Source: an uncultured Chloroflexia bacterium (GTDB lineage: Bacteria; Chloroflexota; Limnocylindria; Limnocylindrales; CSP1-4). Taken from it: a stretch of DNA of 64,000 nucleotides. Every line of letters begins with the position of its first letter. Position 1 is the stretch's first letter. The notes beneath the pieces are model-generated. The model was given only the letters and a program-made list of their open reading frames with translations, was not told the DNA's origin and did not search any database. The stretch spans positions 325,587 to 389,586 of the forward strand of contig CAVYBU010000003.1 of NCBI GenBank assembly GCA_963766735.1, given 5' to 3'. Positions 61,898 through 64,000 of the stretch are shown piece by piece. The translations under genes and the position numbers were made by a program.

Positions 61898-63783
61898 TCA
61901 GCCTGGGCAGGTCTGCGTTGGGATGCCATCGGCGGTGCCGAAGCAGTTGCCTTCCCAGGTGTTGTCGATGCTCGAGGCGTCTTGCAGCGCATCCCAACCG
62001 GCCGTGTTCCCGTACGCCGTGTTGAGACGAATGATGTTGTCACTTGAGCCGTTGATGACGAGGAATCCATGCTCGGCGTTGTCGCTACCGTCGTTGCCGG
62101 TCAGCGTGTTGGCAGCCACCCCGACGAGCGCGAAGCCGTAATTGCCGTTCCGGCTGGCGATGTTGCCGACCAAAGTCGCCCTGGTCGTGCCGTTGACCAG
62201 CAGGAAGCCGACCTCACCGTTGTCGGTGGAGGTGTTGCCCTCGAGGTAGCGACCACCGGAAGGGTCGACGCTGTCGCCGAGCACGACGCCGTAGTGGGTG
62301 TTGCCCTGGGCGGTGTTGTCGACAAGCTCGGTGCCCGGGGCTCCGATGGCGAAGCCGGACCCATTGCCGGTCGCCTGGTTGCCGGTGAGGCGATTGCCTA
62401 GGGAACCCTCGCCGACAATTCGGTAGCCATCACCATCGTTATCCGCGGCGAGGTTGCGCCTGAAGGTATTGCCCGACGATCCAGCCTCGAGGCTGAACCC
62501 AGACCAGCCACTCGACGTCGCGGTGTTGTCCTTCAGCACGTTCCCCGACGATCCGTACAGCTCGAAGCCCCAGGCCCAGTTGCCGTCGGCCGAATTGCCG
62601 TCGAACGTGTTGGCGTCGCTCCCCTCGGCAATGAAGAACCCGGCGGCGTTGCCGCGCGAGATGTTCCCGGCGAAGACGTTGTTGGACGAGTCCCGGAGGC
62701 CGAAGCCGTCGTTGTCGTTCCTGTCCGCCGTGTTCCCAGTGAACCTATTGTTATCTGCCTCGTCGAGGTTGAACCCGAACCCCACGCCGCTACTCGAGGT
62801 CGCGGTGTTGTTCTTCAGCACGTTGCCCGACGATTGCCGAATGCTGAAGCCCACGTCGTTGTCGGCCGCTGTGTTGCCGGTGAGGCGGTTACCCGAGGAC
62901 TCCTCGCCCACAATCAGATATCCGCTTCCATGGTTCTGTGTGGCGACATTGTTGCGGAGCTCGTTGCTGGAGGAACCGTTGCCGAGGATGAAGCCGTCCG
63001 ACCCGCTTGCGGTCGCGGTGTTGTCCTGAAGCGTGTTTCCCGAAGACATGTTCACAACATAGCCGTGAGCCGAGTTGTCCCGGGAGTCGTTGCCGACGAG
63101 CACGTTATCCGCCGCGCCATCATTGACCAGAAAGCCTGCGTAGGCGCTTCCTTCCGCCACGTTCCCTTGGAGCAGGTTGTTGCTTGCGCCCTTGCCCCAG
63201 ACCGTGAAACCAGATGGGTTGTCGATACCGATGTTGTCACGGAGCGTGTTGCCGGCCGAGTTGTTGATAACAACGAAGCCATCCCAGTCATTAGCGCGCG
63301 CATCGTTGTTGGTCAGCGTGTTGTGGTCGCTGTTGTTGCCGATGAAGAAGCCTGCAGCCCCGTTGTCCCGACTCGTGTTCCTATCGAAGAGATTGTTCGA
63401 CGAGCCACGGACGTCGAAGCCCATGTCGGTGTTGCCATAGGACACATTGCCCACAAAGGCGCTGTCAGTCGTCTGGGCGACGAAGACGCCGGCTTTGAAG
63501 CTGTGGACGACACAGCCCCGGACGGTAACTCTCGCTCGCTTCTCAGCGATGATGCCGAGGTCGTTTCCTTTGCCGATGACCTCGTGGCCGGCACAGTCGA
63601 GGGTCACCCCGTCACGAGCGATCTTGATGGTGCCGTGGAAGTCCTCGGTGAGCGTCGTGTCCTCGCGGATCTGCCAGTCAGCGGCCGTCGCTAGGACTGG
63701 CGGCGGCAGGGTCGCCGCCAGGATCAGGAGTCCCGGCAGCACGGCCAGGGGCCGCGTGTGCGGCGGGTGACGCCTTGGGGCAT
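61898..63783 (-). CDS. Secreted right-handed parallel beta-helix (NosD/pectin-lyase-like) repeat protein
   Basis: About 20 'SSxNxLxxNxAxxNxxxGF' coils; signal peptide; ATG 63783 with GGAGG RBS is one base out of frame (probable indel). Confidence 0.85.
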
Positions 63784-64000
63784 GGTCTGCCTCCCCAGGG
63801 ACGCCTGCTCCCCCGGGCGGGTCGGTCTCGCCAGTGGCTCGGCGCGGTCCCGGCGGCCAGGGTGTGGGCCGCGCGTCGTCGCCTCCCGCTACGTGGGAGA
63901 CGCTAGTGCTCGTCGGCCGTGACATGCCAGAGTCAAAGGGCCCCATCCGCCTCACTGGTGCGGCGCGTCACCGGCTTGCGGGGCACCTCCTCGTGTTCGG

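Overview
Very high-GC bacterial chromosome segment. The gene content (zinc-ribbon/cyclase/AAA/TPR proteins, HTH-nuclease-like proteins, many lipoproteins) suggests Chloroflexota (Limnocylindria-like) or Actinomycetota; this assignment is inference. There are three parts. (1) 1-24 kb is an accessory array divided by five ~140-190 bp modules in the same orientation. Each module has a promoter-like leader, the 5' half of tRNA-Pro(TGG) ending at the anticodon loop (deleted in one copy), and an ~85-bp structured element ending in a 29-bp 11-7-11 inverted repeat. The array ends in the only intact tRNA-Pro(TGG) (23890-23964), which has the same leader. The segments between modules look like gene cassettes: one 701-bp cassette occurs twice with the same boundaries, another starts inside a truncated gene, and no integrase is present. 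This tRNA-anchored, integron-like cassette array is the best candidate for an undescribed system. Its cargo includes a Crp + repeat-peptide + cyclase-STAND-TPR module, ECF sigma/anti-sigma modules with lipoproteins, and vapBC. (2) 24-54.5 kb is ordinary chromosome: ferritin, metal/copper genes, GT4 glycosyltransferases, vWA-XpaC-TelA, an atypical Clp ATPase, acyl-CoA ligase-GNAT, VKOR, LLMs, PCuAC/SCO, MFS, a TMADH-like enzyme, Lrp, ResB and GS III. (3) From 54.5 kb: tRNA-Pro(CGG), then a prophage end (HNH, moron, holin, amidase), an IS110-family element with definable ends, and beta-helix proteins. Many genes carry single-base frameshifts that may be assembly errors. All alignments and counts were done by eye.
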